Positions 45,270 to 55,340 of a DNA stretch of 64,000 bases are shown one piece after another; the stretch's first letter is position 1; every line of letters starts with the position of its first letter. The DNA lies in the IMG/VR virus record IMGVR_UViG_3300046787_000302, positions 1 through 64,000 of that record. One strand, written 5' to 3'. The translations under genes and the position numbers were made by a program. The notes below the pieces were generated by a model that saw nothing but the letters and a program-made list of their open reading frames with translations, was not told the DNA's origin and searched no databases. This stretch comes from a virus. Lineage: Duplodnaviria; Heunggongvirae; Uroviricota; Caudoviricetes.

Positions 45270-47607
45270 TGATTACCTTGTAACATTTGAAGAACTCAGT
45301 ACAATGGGGTTTCCTGTAAAAGCAGGTACTACTCCTCCTATAAATAACAAGTGTGTTACAAAAGGAGAAGTAAATACTTACTATACAGTTGATACCACAG
45401 TATCTCCCTTTTCTACATATACTGATGATAGATGTCCTAGATATCAAGATCTAGTTGGCATATCTTGTGTTCCGTTTGTTCCTGTAATCACACAAACAAC
45501 TGTAGCGCAATCAGATGGTCAAGTAATTACACCAGACTGTGTTGATGAGTTTGTTTATAAGTTTCAGATTAGTGCTGGTGCTGGTATTCAACAACCTGGT
45601 GGTGTAGTTCGTTTACAGAATTATTTACCAGCTGGTATTCAAGCTGTTTCATTTAGGTATGTCTACTATGACGGTAAAGCTATTGGACCTGGTATTAATG
45701 ATTGGCCATTACCAACATCTGACTATTATGAAGTAGTTACTTTTACATCAGATCATGTTGATATAGCACTAAAAAAACCTATAGGTAATGGTCATACATA
45801 TACTGTAGCTTTTAATGCTAAAGTAACAGGAGGAGGTAATACATATACGAATACAGCAACTTTATCAGGATTAAGTTGTGATGGATTAATTCAACAAGAT
45901 ACTAGTAATACTTTTACTATTAGTCCTACAAACGTTGCAATTGCAATATCTACTGACTTACCAGCGCAATCACATTGTGGTACAGTTAAACGTTATAAGG
46001 TAGATGTTACAAACTCAGGATGTAAAATAATTGGCGGTACTTTATCTGTAGTCTTACCTTCTGGTTTATATATTGATACATTTGAGGCAATCTTGTATGA
46101 TGATAAACGGATTGGACCTGGTCCGAATGAATGGCCTCTTCCAACAAGTGATTACTATACGTTAGATGTATATGAGCAAACACCATGGCCTCCACAACAC
46201 GCTAATCAATCTCAGATAAGTGTTACTTTAAAAAAGGCAATAGGTGCAGGGTTTAATTACAGCTTGTATTTTTATGCTTATACTACATCTACAACCACAC
46301 AAGATTATACTATAACTGCTTCTTATACTAATTTTACACATATAAGAAGTCAAAGTAACACATCTTCGTATACAGGATATCCAACAACAAGTTATTATGA
46401 GTTATCAGGTTGTAATCCAGCTGACTACGCTTATACTACTATTGTTCCTTATGGTGTAAATAATAGATACATACTTCCTTCAACTGGAGCAACATATACT
46501 TATACTGGCGCAACTACAACTCAATGTACTGTGCCTCCACAATATAATGCATCTATCCAGAGAACGGAGATATACTACTGTTGTGATAGTACACCAAACT
46601 GGCAAAACAATGGTTCATATAGCTGTTACGGAACTTGTGATAACTATTATGTACAGACTGATTTAAATAATTGTCCATCAAATCCTACAGCAGGACAAAC
46701 AAGACAAGGTTCTGTTTATCAGTATAACTCAACAGCATGCGGTGGATGTTGTGGACAATCTTCTGTACAAACACAAGGAGCACAAGTAGGTACTTACCAT
46801 ACATGTAGTGGTGGTATAGTTAGTCAAAGCCCTGTTTATAGTAACAGTAATACTTGCTATGGTGGACCATATGTTTATTTATTAAATGGTACATGGTTAT
46901 CATACAATCCATCAAACGCATATCCATCAACAACATCTAACTGTCAAGATACAGGATCAGCATATTGCCAAGGATCTAACTGGGTTATCAATCAAACTCA
47001 AGCTAATCCTTGTTCTTCTGCAGGTTGCGGAGTTCGTGTTATTGAGTACAACTCAGTTACTCATGGATGTTATGATCCATGTGCTGGAAATACAGCCCCA
47101 ATATTCACTTATCAGAATTATACAAGCTGTTATAATTGCTATGATGCTCCTGTTTATAAGGATACTAATACTTGTTCTTCAACGAATGGTCAATATTATG
47201 TTGAGAATCAAGCAGGTAATAAAGTTTATGTTGGAGGTCAACCAACAGGAGTATCTTGTAACTACACATCAAACTGCCAGGATACTGGTTCTGCGTATTG
47301 TTCTGGTCCAAACTGGGTAATTAATCAAGCACAACAGAATCCATGTTCATCAGCATCATGTGGTGTCCGCGTAATTGAGTACAACTCTGTATCAAACGGA
47401 TGTTATACTCCACCTGCTAACTGTACTACTTGGACACTATACAACAATAACGGGTTTGGTTTAACTGATTATGTAGAATGGACAAACTGTGATGGTAGTG
47501 CGGGAAGTGATGCTATTTCTGATGGAAGTTTCTTGGTGATATGTTTCTTAAACGGAACATCGGTAGGTTACAGTTATTCAACTCCTGAAGATAATGGTCC
47601 TTGCTAG
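45259..47607 (+). CDS. cysteine-rich repeat virion/adhesin-like protein (782 aa)
   Basis: Two N-terminal repeats (Y.D.K.IGPG.N.WPLPTSDYY) and two C-terminal ~50-aa Cys-rich modules (NCQDTGSAYC.G.NWVINQ.Q.NPCSS..CGVRVIEYNSV..GCY). More than 40 Cys in total. Confidence 0.45.
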   Translation: MKVNDYLVTFEELSTMGFPVKAGTTPPINNKCVTKGEVNTYYTVDTTVSPFSTYTDDRCPRYQDLVGISCVPFVPVITQTTVAQSDGQVITPDCVDEFVYKFQISAGAGIQQPGGVVRLQNYLPAGIQAVSFRYVYYDGKAIGPGINDWPLPTSDYYEVVTFTSDHVDIALKKPIGNGHTYTVAFNAKVTGGGNTYTNTATLSGLSCDGLIQQDTSNTFTISPTNVAIAISTDLPAQSHCGTVKRYKVDVTNSGCKIIGGTLSVVLPSGLYIDTFEAILYDDKRIGPGPNEWPLPTSDYYTLDVYEQTPWPPQHANQSQISVTLKKAIGAGFNYSLYFYAYTTSTTTQDYTITASYTNFTHIRSQSNTSSYTGYPTTSYYELSGCNPADYAYTTIVPYGVNNRYILPSTGATYTYTGATTTQCTVPPQYNASIQRTEIYYCCDSTPNWQNNGSYSCYGTCDNYYVQTDLNNCPSNPTAGQTRQGSVYQYNSTACGGCCGQSSVQTQGAQVGTYHTCSGGIVSQSPVYSNSNTCYGGPYVYLLNGTWLSYNPSNAYPSTTSNCQDTGSAYCQGSNWVINQTQANPCSSAGCGVRVIEYNSVTHGCYDPCAGNTAPIFTYQNYTSCYNCYDAPVYKDTNTCSSTNGQYYVENQAGNKVYVGGQPTGVSCNYTSNCQDTGSAYCSGPNWVINQAQQNPCSSASCGVRVIEYNSVSNGCYTPPANCTTWTLYNNNGFGLTDYVEWTNCDGSAGSDAISDGSFLVICFLNGTSVGYSYSTPEDNGPC

Positions 47608-47667
47608 TCTCCCATATTCTTGTTATATTATAGTGTAGTATATATTTACAAACCAAATACAACCATC

Positions 47668-48183
47668 ATGTCAAAAAACAATCTAGTCACTACCCTGACA
47701 ATAGGGGAGATCTACTTACTTGAGTCTGAAATCAACGGAGTTGTTGATCAACAAACTGGAGAGAAGCAAACAAAAGGAGTCTTAGGACACGCATTATCAA
47801 TGGTTCACCGTTACTGGTTAACTGATCTTTCAGAAAAACTTGCCGGTCATAAAAAGACTGTTGATAAGTTACGTGAAGAGTTGATTACAAAACTTGGAGA
47901 AGCTGATGATAAAGGAGGTTATACCCTTCCAATGACGTTTCCAGTTCTTGATGAGAATGGCGAGCCAGTCTTAGATGAGAACAAGAAAGAGAAGCGTGAG
48001 TTTAACCCTAAGTTCATTGAATTTAATGACGAGATGAATAAGTTGTTTGCAGAAACAAAAGAGATCGAGCACTATCCATTTACGATTGCTGCTTTTGATT
48101 TCAAAACAGACGAGACCTACACCGTGCTCTTCAAACTCTTGAAGACTAAAAAAGAGGAAAAGCCTGCAGCAGCAGTAGAATAA
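47668..48183 (+). CDS. hypothetical protein
   Basis: ORF 47620..48183 trimmed to MSKNN. A terminator follows. Confidence 0.4.
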   Translation: MSKNNLVTTLTIGEIYLLESEINGVVDQQTGEKQTKGVLGHALSMVHRYWLTDLSEKLAGHKKTVDKLREELITKLGEADDKGGYTLPMTFPVLDENGEPVLDENKKEKREFNPKFIEFNDEMNKLFAETKEIEHYPFTIAAFDFKTDETYTVLFKLLKTKKEEKPAAAVE

Positions 48184-48216
48184 TTAGCCCTCATTATTCC
48201 TCATATAGTATAAGTA

Positions 48217-48256
48217 AGCCATGAGTATATTATTCATGGCTTCTTTGTTTTTATTT
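48217..48256 (+). terminator. intrinsic terminator
   Basis: AAGCCATGAGTATATTATTCATGGCTT hairpin followed by TCTTTGTTTTTATTTG. Confidence 0.6.
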
Positions 48257-48325
48257 GTAAAGTACCTCAGTTTTAAGTATATTATAGTGTAGACTGAAGT
48301 AATCCAGACACTAATATTAAGCCCT

Positions 48326-49831
48326 ATGCTACCCACTAGATCTAATACAGCAGATGCAGGGTGCTCTCCAGTATCATCAAACTGCGTTATTTGGCAGGGT
48401 CCAGCCCTTCCATGTTTGAGTTTGTGTACAGGAGACACAGTATCATCTGTTATATACAAGCTTGCAGATTTTATCTGTAACTCAGGTAATCAAAACTTAG
48501 ACGTTGATTTGTCATGCTTGACAAGTGTTAACGTTACAGATAAGTCAATCGAGAATATCTTAACTCTTTTGATTACAAAGACTTGTACTCTTCAAGATCT
48601 AATCAATGATATCGGTGCTGGACCAACAGTTGAGGATCCACTTATTACTATTGCACAATGTTTCAGAACAACAGATAGTAATGGTGATCCAGTAACTACA
48701 AAGCAACACACTGAATACACACGTCTTATTGGGCTTAAGGTGTGTGATATTAACACAACGGTATCTGCACACACTGCATCTATCTCTAGTTATGGTAATC
48801 GTATTACTGTATTAGAGCAAGCTATCTTAGGATCTTCTGCAACAGAAGGTCAGGTAACTTTAACTTGTGGTGGTACAAGTACTACTGTTACTATCAGTGA
48901 TGCTTTACTTAATCTACAGAACCAAGTATGTTCTATTAGAACTGCTATTGGTACTAACTCAGCATTAACTGCAGCTGCAGCATTACAACCAAGTTCACTA
49001 AGCACATCTCCTGCACTATCAACTGCTGGTACAATGTCTGCTTTAACTGGTTGGAAACCAACAGTTAGCACAACAGCTGATACTATTGCAAACCTTTGGG
49101 TTACTCTTATTGATTTACGTACAGCATTCAATAACATAAAAGACTTGATTAAGCCAGATTGTGCAAACGTTATAGTTGACTTTGCTCCTGCAATGATTAA
49201 TAACGGTACTGCAGTTAACTTATTCTTTAGTGGTTATAGCTCTGTTCCAACAGGATGGACTAACACGGATCCAAAAGGTTCTAAGTTAACTATCACAGAT
49301 GGTTTAGGTAACTCACATCCAATCTACGTTGATGTGATTAACCAAGTTAACTCTGCTAACCCATTAGTTATTCAGTTAACAGGAACACCACTTAACTTAG
49401 CTACTAAGTTATCGTTTGTTCTTCAGTCATCATTGACTAACTCTGGTGTTCAATGTAACAAGACTGTTACTAAATCATCTGACAGCGCAACAAACAGCTG
49501 CCCAACATTAACAGTTGTTCCTGGAGCTACCACAATGGCATTCTCATTCAATCCTCCGATTACTGATAATGCTGTTTACAAGATTGAATTACTATCAAGT
49601 GGTGATTCACTTCTTTCAACAAAGACGTTTACTAATCCACAAGCGATTGTATCTGATGTATTCACTAACTTGTTACAAGGTACTGCATACAAAGTTAGAG
49701 CAACGACAACAATTGGTACATTACCTGCAGTAGTTTGTCCTTCTGCACCATATACAACATTGAACACTGATACTGGTTCTACAACTTGCGGATTACCTCC
49801 AACGATTGCAGGAACACCAACTGTATCTTAA
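48326..49831 (+). CDS. Thr/Ser-rich structural protein (501 aa)
   Basis: Low-complexity T/S/A-rich β-rich sequence; several Cys near both ends. Confidence 0.4.
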   Translation: MLPTRSNTADAGCSPVSSNCVIWQGPALPCLSLCTGDTVSSVIYKLADFICNSGNQNLDVDLSCLTSVNVTDKSIENILTLLITKTCTLQDLINDIGAGPTVEDPLITIAQCFRTTDSNGDPVTTKQHTEYTRLIGLKVCDINTTVSAHTASISSYGNRITVLEQAILGSSATEGQVTLTCGGTSTTVTISDALLNLQNQVCSIRTAIGTNSALTAAAALQPSSLSTSPALSTAGTMSALTGWKPTVSTTADTIANLWVTLIDLRTAFNNIKDLIKPDCANVIVDFAPAMINNGTAVNLFFSGYSSVPTGWTNTDPKGSKLTITDGLGNSHPIYVDVINQVNSANPLVIQLTGTPLNLATKLSFVLQSSLTNSGVQCNKTVTKSSDSATNSCPTLTVVPGATTMAFSFNPPITDNAVYKIELLSSGDSLLSTKTFTNPQAIVSDVFTNLLQGTAYKVRATTTIGTLPAVVCPSAPYTTLNTDTGSTTCGLPPTIAGTPTVS

Positions 49832-49843
49832 TACCACTAAACT

Positions 49844-50362
49844 ATGAGCTGCAGCGATTCTTCTATTCCATTAGCTAATTGCAACCCGTGCACAAACTGT
49901 CCTCCCCCACCAGCAGTAACAACTGCTTGTGTGGATGGAGAGCCTTGTGAAGAGTTAGCATTGCTTGGCTGTGTTAAATATGCAGGAGATAATATCTTGG
50001 AAGCAAAGATTACAAACGGAGAGCGTTTAGATGAGATCTTACAAAAGATTCTTGTTGGACTTACTGCTCCAGAATGTGTTAGTCCTACATTAAAGTGTGT
50101 GACTAAGTTACGTTCAACAGTGATTGCAGCTGATTCATTTACAGTGGCTTGGACAACTGCTGTTGATACAACTAGTTTAACATTACAATACAAGACAGCA
50201 GCTGCTTCTACATGGACAGATGTTGTTGTTACTGGATTATCAACAAAACAGATTACAGGTTTAGTAGCGTCAACAAACTATTACGTTAAAGTATCAAGTG
50301 TTAGTTCTGGTGGAACAAACTGTTCTTCAGTAACTATTAGCTTAACAACAAAAGCGGTTTAA
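49844..50362 (+). CDS. fibronectin type III-like domain protein
   Basis: STVIAADSFTVAWTTAVDTTSLTLQYKTAAASTWTDVVVTGLSTKQITGLVASTNYYVKVSSVS matches the FN3 pattern (W..., Y.V.V). Confidence 0.45.
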   Translation: MSCSDSSIPLANCNPCTNCPPPPAVTTACVDGEPCEELALLGCVKYAGDNILEAKITNGERLDEILQKILVGLTAPECVSPTLKCVTKLRSTVIAADSFTVAWTTAVDTTSLTLQYKTAAASTWTDVVVTGLSTKQITGLVASTNYYVKVSSVSSGGTNCSSVTISLTTKAV

Positions 50363-50364
50363 TA

Positions 50365-50628
50365 ATGACTAACGGATTCTTAACTATTTCACTTACGTCA
50401 TCTCCATCTAACTTTACAGGTGGTTTACGTATCAGATATAGGAAAGTAGGTACCAGTTCTTATATAGAATATATTCATACAGGTACTCAAAACGTTATTA
50501 GCATTCCTATAAACGATAATAGTGTTTTGTATGAGGGAACTATCGAAGGTATTTGCGTATCTGGCGGTGTAACTACTTATACTAATCCTACTCCTTTTAG
50601 TTCAATCTCAGCAGGTAATACATACTAA
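50365..50628 (+). CDS. small Ig-like structural protein
   Basis: ORF with β-rich composition; ATGA-type overlap with the next gene. Confidence 0.3.
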   Translation: MTNGFLTISLTSSPSNFTGGLRIRYRKVGTSSYIEYIHTGTQNVISIPINDNSVLYEGTIEGICVSGGVTTYTNPTPFSSISAGNTY

Positions 50629-51620
50629 TGGCAACTTTAACTGTCAACTTTATTGTAAACGGTACAGTACCTGTTCTTGGGTATAAGGTAGCTTATAAGA
50701 AAACTACAGAGTCTACTTATAGCTTCTTACCAAATAACATATTTGCCAGTCCCGCTATTATTACTGGTATTGATCCTACTGCTCAGTATGAAGGTTATAT
50801 ACAAGTTGATTGCGCTGGTACTACTGGTGCAAAGACTAACTTTACAACTGCAGGTCAAATAACTCCTCCAACACCAGGTGCTCCAGGATATACATTAACT
50901 CTATCAGATGGCAATGGTTATCCTATTACAACTGCAAATGAAGGGTCAGTTATCTTAGCAAAGCTTGTAACAGTTAACATACCTTACAATACAAGTATAC
51001 CTTATACAGTAACTGGATTACAAGTTGCTGACTTAGGTCCAGGATCTGCACCATTAGCAGGCAACTTTGTTATTGAAAACACAGGGCATAGTGATACTAA
51101 ATCTTTTGCTCTTGCTGCTGATTTAACAACAGAAGGCACTGAGACATTTACTATTACTTTGGATGGTCTTAGTGTTACTCAATCTTGTACAGTAGTTGAT
51201 ACTTCAGTATCTGGAGGAACTCAGCCAACACCTGTGCCTACATGTATTGTTGTTGAAGACGGTTGGTTATTTGATAGTCAACAAGAGTGTTTTGGTACTA
51301 ACCCTGCAACAAACTATAATCGTATAACAAATAGAATTAGTGCTACGATAAAAGATCAAAACGGTATTAACACTACAAGAACATCTGCAACTGATGTAGT
51401 TGTGAGATTTACTTATAACCAGTGTTGGGGAGGAGTTGATCCTGTCTATACACAAACGATTACAATTCCTGCAGGGCAAGCATCTGCTTATATTGATTAC
51501 ACTAAGTACGATGTTGTTGACTGTGGTCAAGCAAACTGTGTACCTGAAGATATTACCTATAACTGTGCAGTTAGTAACACTGCTAGTTTACCATTCTGTC
51601 CTGCAACTACTACCTGCTAA
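50628..51620 (+). CDS. Ig-like/Calx-beta-like domain structural protein
   Basis: Segment YTVTGLQVADLGPGSAPLAGNFVIENTGHSDTKSFALAADLTTEGTETFTITLDG resembles a Calx-beta/BIg-like module. Confidence 0.35.
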   Translation: MATLTVNFIVNGTVPVLGYKVAYKKTTESTYSFLPNNIFASPAIITGIDPTAQYEGYIQVDCAGTTGAKTNFTTAGQITPPTPGAPGYTLTLSDGNGYPITTANEGSVILAKLVTVNIPYNTSIPYTVTGLQVADLGPGSAPLAGNFVIENTGHSDTKSFALAADLTTEGTETFTITLDGLSVTQSCTVVDTSVSGGTQPTPVPTCIVVEDGWLFDSQQECFGTNPATNYNRITNRISATIKDQNGINTTRTSATDVVVRFTYNQCWGGVDPVYTQTITIPAGQASAYIDYTKYDVVDCGQANCVPEDITYNCAVSNTASLPFCPATTTC

Positions 51621-51622
51621 TT

Positions 51623-52585
51623 ATGTCTTGTCCAGTTACTAGAACTATTACGATTAACTTTAATCCTTCTACTCCTGCTCCTGCAAATGGATACAGAGTT
51701 AGATGGAGAACTGTTGGTAGTGAAAGTTTTATTATTGCAGGTACGTTTACTAGCTCACCAATAGTATTACCAAACATACCATTATGTGTTGCCGTTGAAG
51801 GTACTATTGAAAACAGTTGTGGTAATAATGACTATAGCTCATCAACTGTATGGGGAGTTCCTGCTTTAACTTCAACAAAGTGTACAAATATACTTGTTAG
51901 AAGTAAGTTATCTCCTTCGTTTTATATCTATCCAAAAGAACTTATTGATGTTGATAACTCATCTTCAGCAACGATTAGCCTTAACTACATCGCAAACGAT
52001 ACTCCAAATAGGTTTACAGTATATAACTCAGAGAGCACAATAGTAGCTAACTCAGGATGGGTAGGCGTTGCTGATTATGCAGGACCTTGGGGAGCAACTT
52101 TAAATACAAGCATCTCAGGTACTATTACTTTCCCAAAAGCTTCTGGGGACGGTCGTTTCTTTTATCTTGTTGTTGAGCATGCTGGTCATGCAACAGTAAC
52201 AGATAGCTGGCAAGTAACATTAGGTTGTGCTATTGGTGGAGGTACAATAACTCCAACATATGACTTAAAAGCATATATCTACGGTACACAAACATCTGTA
52301 GGATCTGAAGGTCAAACAATAACAGTTGTATTAACAACAACAAACGTATCAACTGGTACAAGTATTAACTATGAAGTAACTGGCATACAGTCAGCTGACT
52401 TATCAGTTGGATCTGCCGGATTAACTGGAAGCTTTGTAATAAGCAATAACACTGCTTCAAAAGTATTCACATTTGCAAACGATGTAACCACAGAAGGCGT
52501 TGAGAACTTCTTGCTTACACTAACAAGCCCTGGTATTACGAAGAGTATTACTCTTCCAATCTCAGACACCTCACCAGGAGCTTAA
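51623..52585 (+). CDS. Ig-like/Calx-beta-like domain structural protein
   Basis: N-terminal FN3-like region (YRVRWRTVGSESF). C-terminal module YEVTGIQSADLSVGSAGLTGSFVISNNTASKVFTFANDVTTEGVENFLLTL is homologous to the previous gene. Confidence 0.35.
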   Translation: MSCPVTRTITINFNPSTPAPANGYRVRWRTVGSESFIIAGTFTSSPIVLPNIPLCVAVEGTIENSCGNNDYSSSTVWGVPALTSTKCTNILVRSKLSPSFYIYPKELIDVDNSSSATISLNYIANDTPNRFTVYNSESTIVANSGWVGVADYAGPWGATLNTSISGTITFPKASGDGRFFYLVVEHAGHATVTDSWQVTLGCAIGGGTITPTYDLKAYIYGTQTSVGSEGQTITVVLTTTNVSTGTSINYEVTGIQSADLSVGSAGLTGSFVISNNTASKVFTFANDVTTEGVENFLLTLTSPGITKSITLPISDTSPGA

Positions 52586-52625
52586 AGATATTGTCTGAAG
52601 TTTTGTTGGTTTTCTTCTGACAAAC

Positions 52626-52663
52626 GGGACCCCTAGCTAGAAATGGCGGGGGTCTTTATTTTG
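52626..52663 (+). terminator. intrinsic terminator
   Basis: GGGACCCC...GGGGGTC hairpin followed by TTTATTTTG. Confidence 0.6.
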
Positions 52664-52749
52664 TATTAAACCAGTAAAAGCTTGGAAGTATGGAATATTT
52701 TTAAGAGTTTTATCTTCCATAAGTGTAACTAACAACAAAACAGTAACTT

Positions 52750-54024
52750 ATGAGTACTAAATCACTCCATGAATTAGTAGCACATAGCATCACTTGGAAG
52801 AAGAGTAATGTCTATTGTGCCGACAAATTAGGGTTGTCACTTCTACAATACAAGAAGTTAAAACGACAGATCCTATTAAACCAGAAACTTAATCCAGATG
52901 CACCTGACGTAGCTTATGATATCGAAATCGATGAGAACGTAAAAGATGGTACAGCAAAGATAACTGGTACTACGACAGAGCAACCTCAATCAGCAGAAGA
53001 GATCATTAGAGTACTAAAGATCGATTTATCAAAGTGGGAGCTTAATCGATTCTGGAACAAACAAAAGAAGAACGGCTGGTTAGTATCAGCTTTAGTAGTA
53101 AAAAAGAAAGATGGCGACTTATCAATAGAAGACGCAGAGCACATAATCAGGAGAGTATTCCAAGACAAAACTTTCAAACCTGTCACTCTCTATCCATCGA
53201 TATCAAATCAAAAAGCATTATTTGTTTACTTATCTGACAGACATATAGCCGCATATGTTGGTGGTGTTGCAATGTATGCAAACCAATATGATAAAACAGT
53301 ATACAAGAAACGTTTAGCAGAAGTACTACATGAAATACACTATCAGAAAAGTATATTCGGGAAGTTCGAGGACGTATTCATTATCGATCTGGGAGATAAG
53401 ATGGATGGTCTTGATGGTTATACTACCAGAGGTGGTCACAAGCTTCCTCAGAACATGAGTAATCGTGAAGGGTTTGAGGTAGCTGTTGAAGCAGAAAGAG
53501 AGTTTATTGACTCTGTTATTGCATCAGATGCTGCAAACAACTATCACGTTTATCAGAATGCTAACTCAAACCACGGTGGTGATTTTGACTATATGGTAAA
53601 TAGAGCATTAGAGATTTACATTAATGCTAAATACCCACAAGTAGATACACTTATCATGCAGAAGTTCATTGAACACGTTCAGTATGGAGATCACGTTATC
53701 TTACTTACTCATGGTAAAGATGATGCTGATATGAAGCATGGTTTACCATTACATCTGAACGATAAGGTTGAAAACTACCTACGCAAATACTTGATGTATA
53801 ATAAGATTGATCCGGATACATGTCACGTATCTTTAGTTAAAGGAGATCTTCACATGGCTGCTAGTCAAATAGCTTATGGCTTTAGATACCGTAACGTATT
53901 ATCTTTATTTGGTGGTAGTAAGTGGATAGGAACAAACTTTGGGCCTAATAGACCAGGTTGCAGCTATGAGATTGTTGAGAAACATACTGAACGTATACTT
54001 GAAGGGAACATCATGTTTTCATAG
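52750..54024 (+). CDS. metallophosphoesterase-domain protein (Mre11/SbcD-like motifs) with N-terminal HTH-like region
   Basis: Ordered motifs LSDRH (DxH), DLGDKMDG (GDxxD), NSNHGGD (GNHx), LLTHGKDD (H), GDLHMAA (GxH). Confidence 0.35.
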   Translation: MSTKSLHELVAHSITWKKSNVYCADKLGLSLLQYKKLKRQILLNQKLNPDAPDVAYDIEIDENVKDGTAKITGTTTEQPQSAEEIIRVLKIDLSKWELNRFWNKQKKNGWLVSALVVKKKDGDLSIEDAEHIIRRVFQDKTFKPVTLYPSISNQKALFVYLSDRHIAAYVGGVAMYANQYDKTVYKKRLAEVLHEIHYQKSIFGKFEDVFIIDLGDKMDGLDGYTTRGGHKLPQNMSNREGFEVAVEAEREFIDSVIASDAANNYHVYQNANSNHGGDFDYMVNRALEIYINAKYPQVDTLIMQKFIEHVQYGDHVILLTHGKDDADMKHGLPLHLNDKVENYLRKYLMYNKIDPDTCHVSLVKGDLHMAASQIAYGFRYRNVLSLFGGSKWIGTNFGPNRPGCSYEIVEKHTERILEGNIMFS

Positions 54025-54070
54025 GAAACTTGGCATATTTTTTGTAAATTATTAGTAGAAGAGCCTCTAT

Positions 54071-54655
54071 ATGAAGGTATATAAACAACCGGATCTTAAC
54101 GCTCCTCGATATCGTCCAAAGAAACTAAACATACTTAGTCAAGATACTTATCAGAACTTCTTACAGAAGAATCCTAAGTATCGTTCTTTAACGTATCAAG
54201 AGTATAAAAAGATAGTTAGTGCAATAAATCAAAAGCTCTGGGAGACAGTAATCGATAATAGAGATGGGGTAGAACTACCAGAACATCTTGGTTATCTGTT
54301 CATTGGAACTTGTAAACGTAAGGTTACTGATAATACTGACTATCAGAAGTCAGCAATCTACGGAGTCAAGGTACAAAGACAAAACTGGGAATCAGATCAG
54401 TATGTTGCAAAGATCTTTTATACAAACTTTGAAGTAAAGTACAGGTTTAAGTTCCATCACATGTGGGGCTTTACTGGTGTTAGAGACTTCAAACGTACAG
54501 TTGCTAATACATATCCAGTTGAATGGAAGAAGTATCCGGTTGTAGACAACTTTCAAAAGATCTCCCGGATGTTTCGTATCTCCAATCAGAAGGATATACA
54601 AGATAAGAAAACAGCTGAAGATCTCATTAACTATGATGAGTTCGACTTAGATTAA
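54071..54655 (+). CDS. hypothetical protein
   Basis: ORF. Confidence 0.4.
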   Translation: MKVYKQPDLNAPRYRPKKLNILSQDTYQNFLQKNPKYRSLTYQEYKKIVSAINQKLWETVIDNRDGVELPEHLGYLFIGTCKRKVTDNTDYQKSAIYGVKVQRQNWESDQYVAKIFYTNFEVKYRFKFHHMWGFTGVRDFKRTVANTYPVEWKKYPVVDNFQKISRMFRISNQKDIQDKKTAEDLINYDEFDLD

Positions 54656-54662
54656 TACAATC

Positions 54663-55340
54663 ATGGCAAGAACCACTATTGGAGAAGTTATCTCACGAGT
54701 ACGAAATCAGTTGAAGGCTGTCAAATCAGACGCCTTTTTAACTGATCGTTTTATTTATAGTCTAATACAAAAGCATGCAAAGTGGTTAATGAAGCGTGAG
54801 GATAGTAAGAACAAGATTATGTCTTTCTCTTCTATCTTTCAAACTCTAGACTACGTTGAGCTTGTTGAGATTGATCGTGTTGAAGCACAATGCACCGGAA
54901 TCAAATCTGGTATTACATTCAGACGTACAAAGGCAAAGATACCTGCGTTCATGCAAGGATACTGGGGACCTTTGATTAGACAGATAACTTCTATTGATGG
55001 CAGTGAAGCATTACAACCAACAACTCCAGGAACATTCTTAAACATCTCAAAACAAAAGAACTATAAGTATAACAAGACAAAGTACTTCTGGTTTCTAAAC
55101 GATCACTTATACTTCCCAGATCTTGATTGGGATGCTGTAAAAGTAGAAGCTGCTTTTGATGATAGTGTTGGATGTTGGAACTGTAATCCAGAAGATGACT
55201 GTAACTTTAGACAACTAGAGTCTTTTAACGTGCCAGATTATCTTCATGGAGAGATTGAGTCAAACGTAATGAAGGACTTCGGTATAACTTTACAGATACC
55301 ATCAGACGTATCTTCAGATAAACAAAGCAACTTTAGATAA
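54663..55340 (+). CDS. hypothetical protein
   Basis: ORF. Confidence 0.4.
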   Translation: MARTTIGEVISRVRNQLKAVKSDAFLTDRFIYSLIQKHAKWLMKREDSKNKIMSFSSIFQTLDYVELVEIDRVEAQCTGIKSGITFRRTKAKIPAFMQGYWGPLIRQITSIDGSEALQPTTPGTFLNISKQKNYKYNKTKYFWFLNDHLYFPDLDWDAVKVEAAFDDSVGCWNCNPEDDCNFRQLESFNVPDYLHGEIESNVMKDFGITLQIPSDVSSDKQSNFR

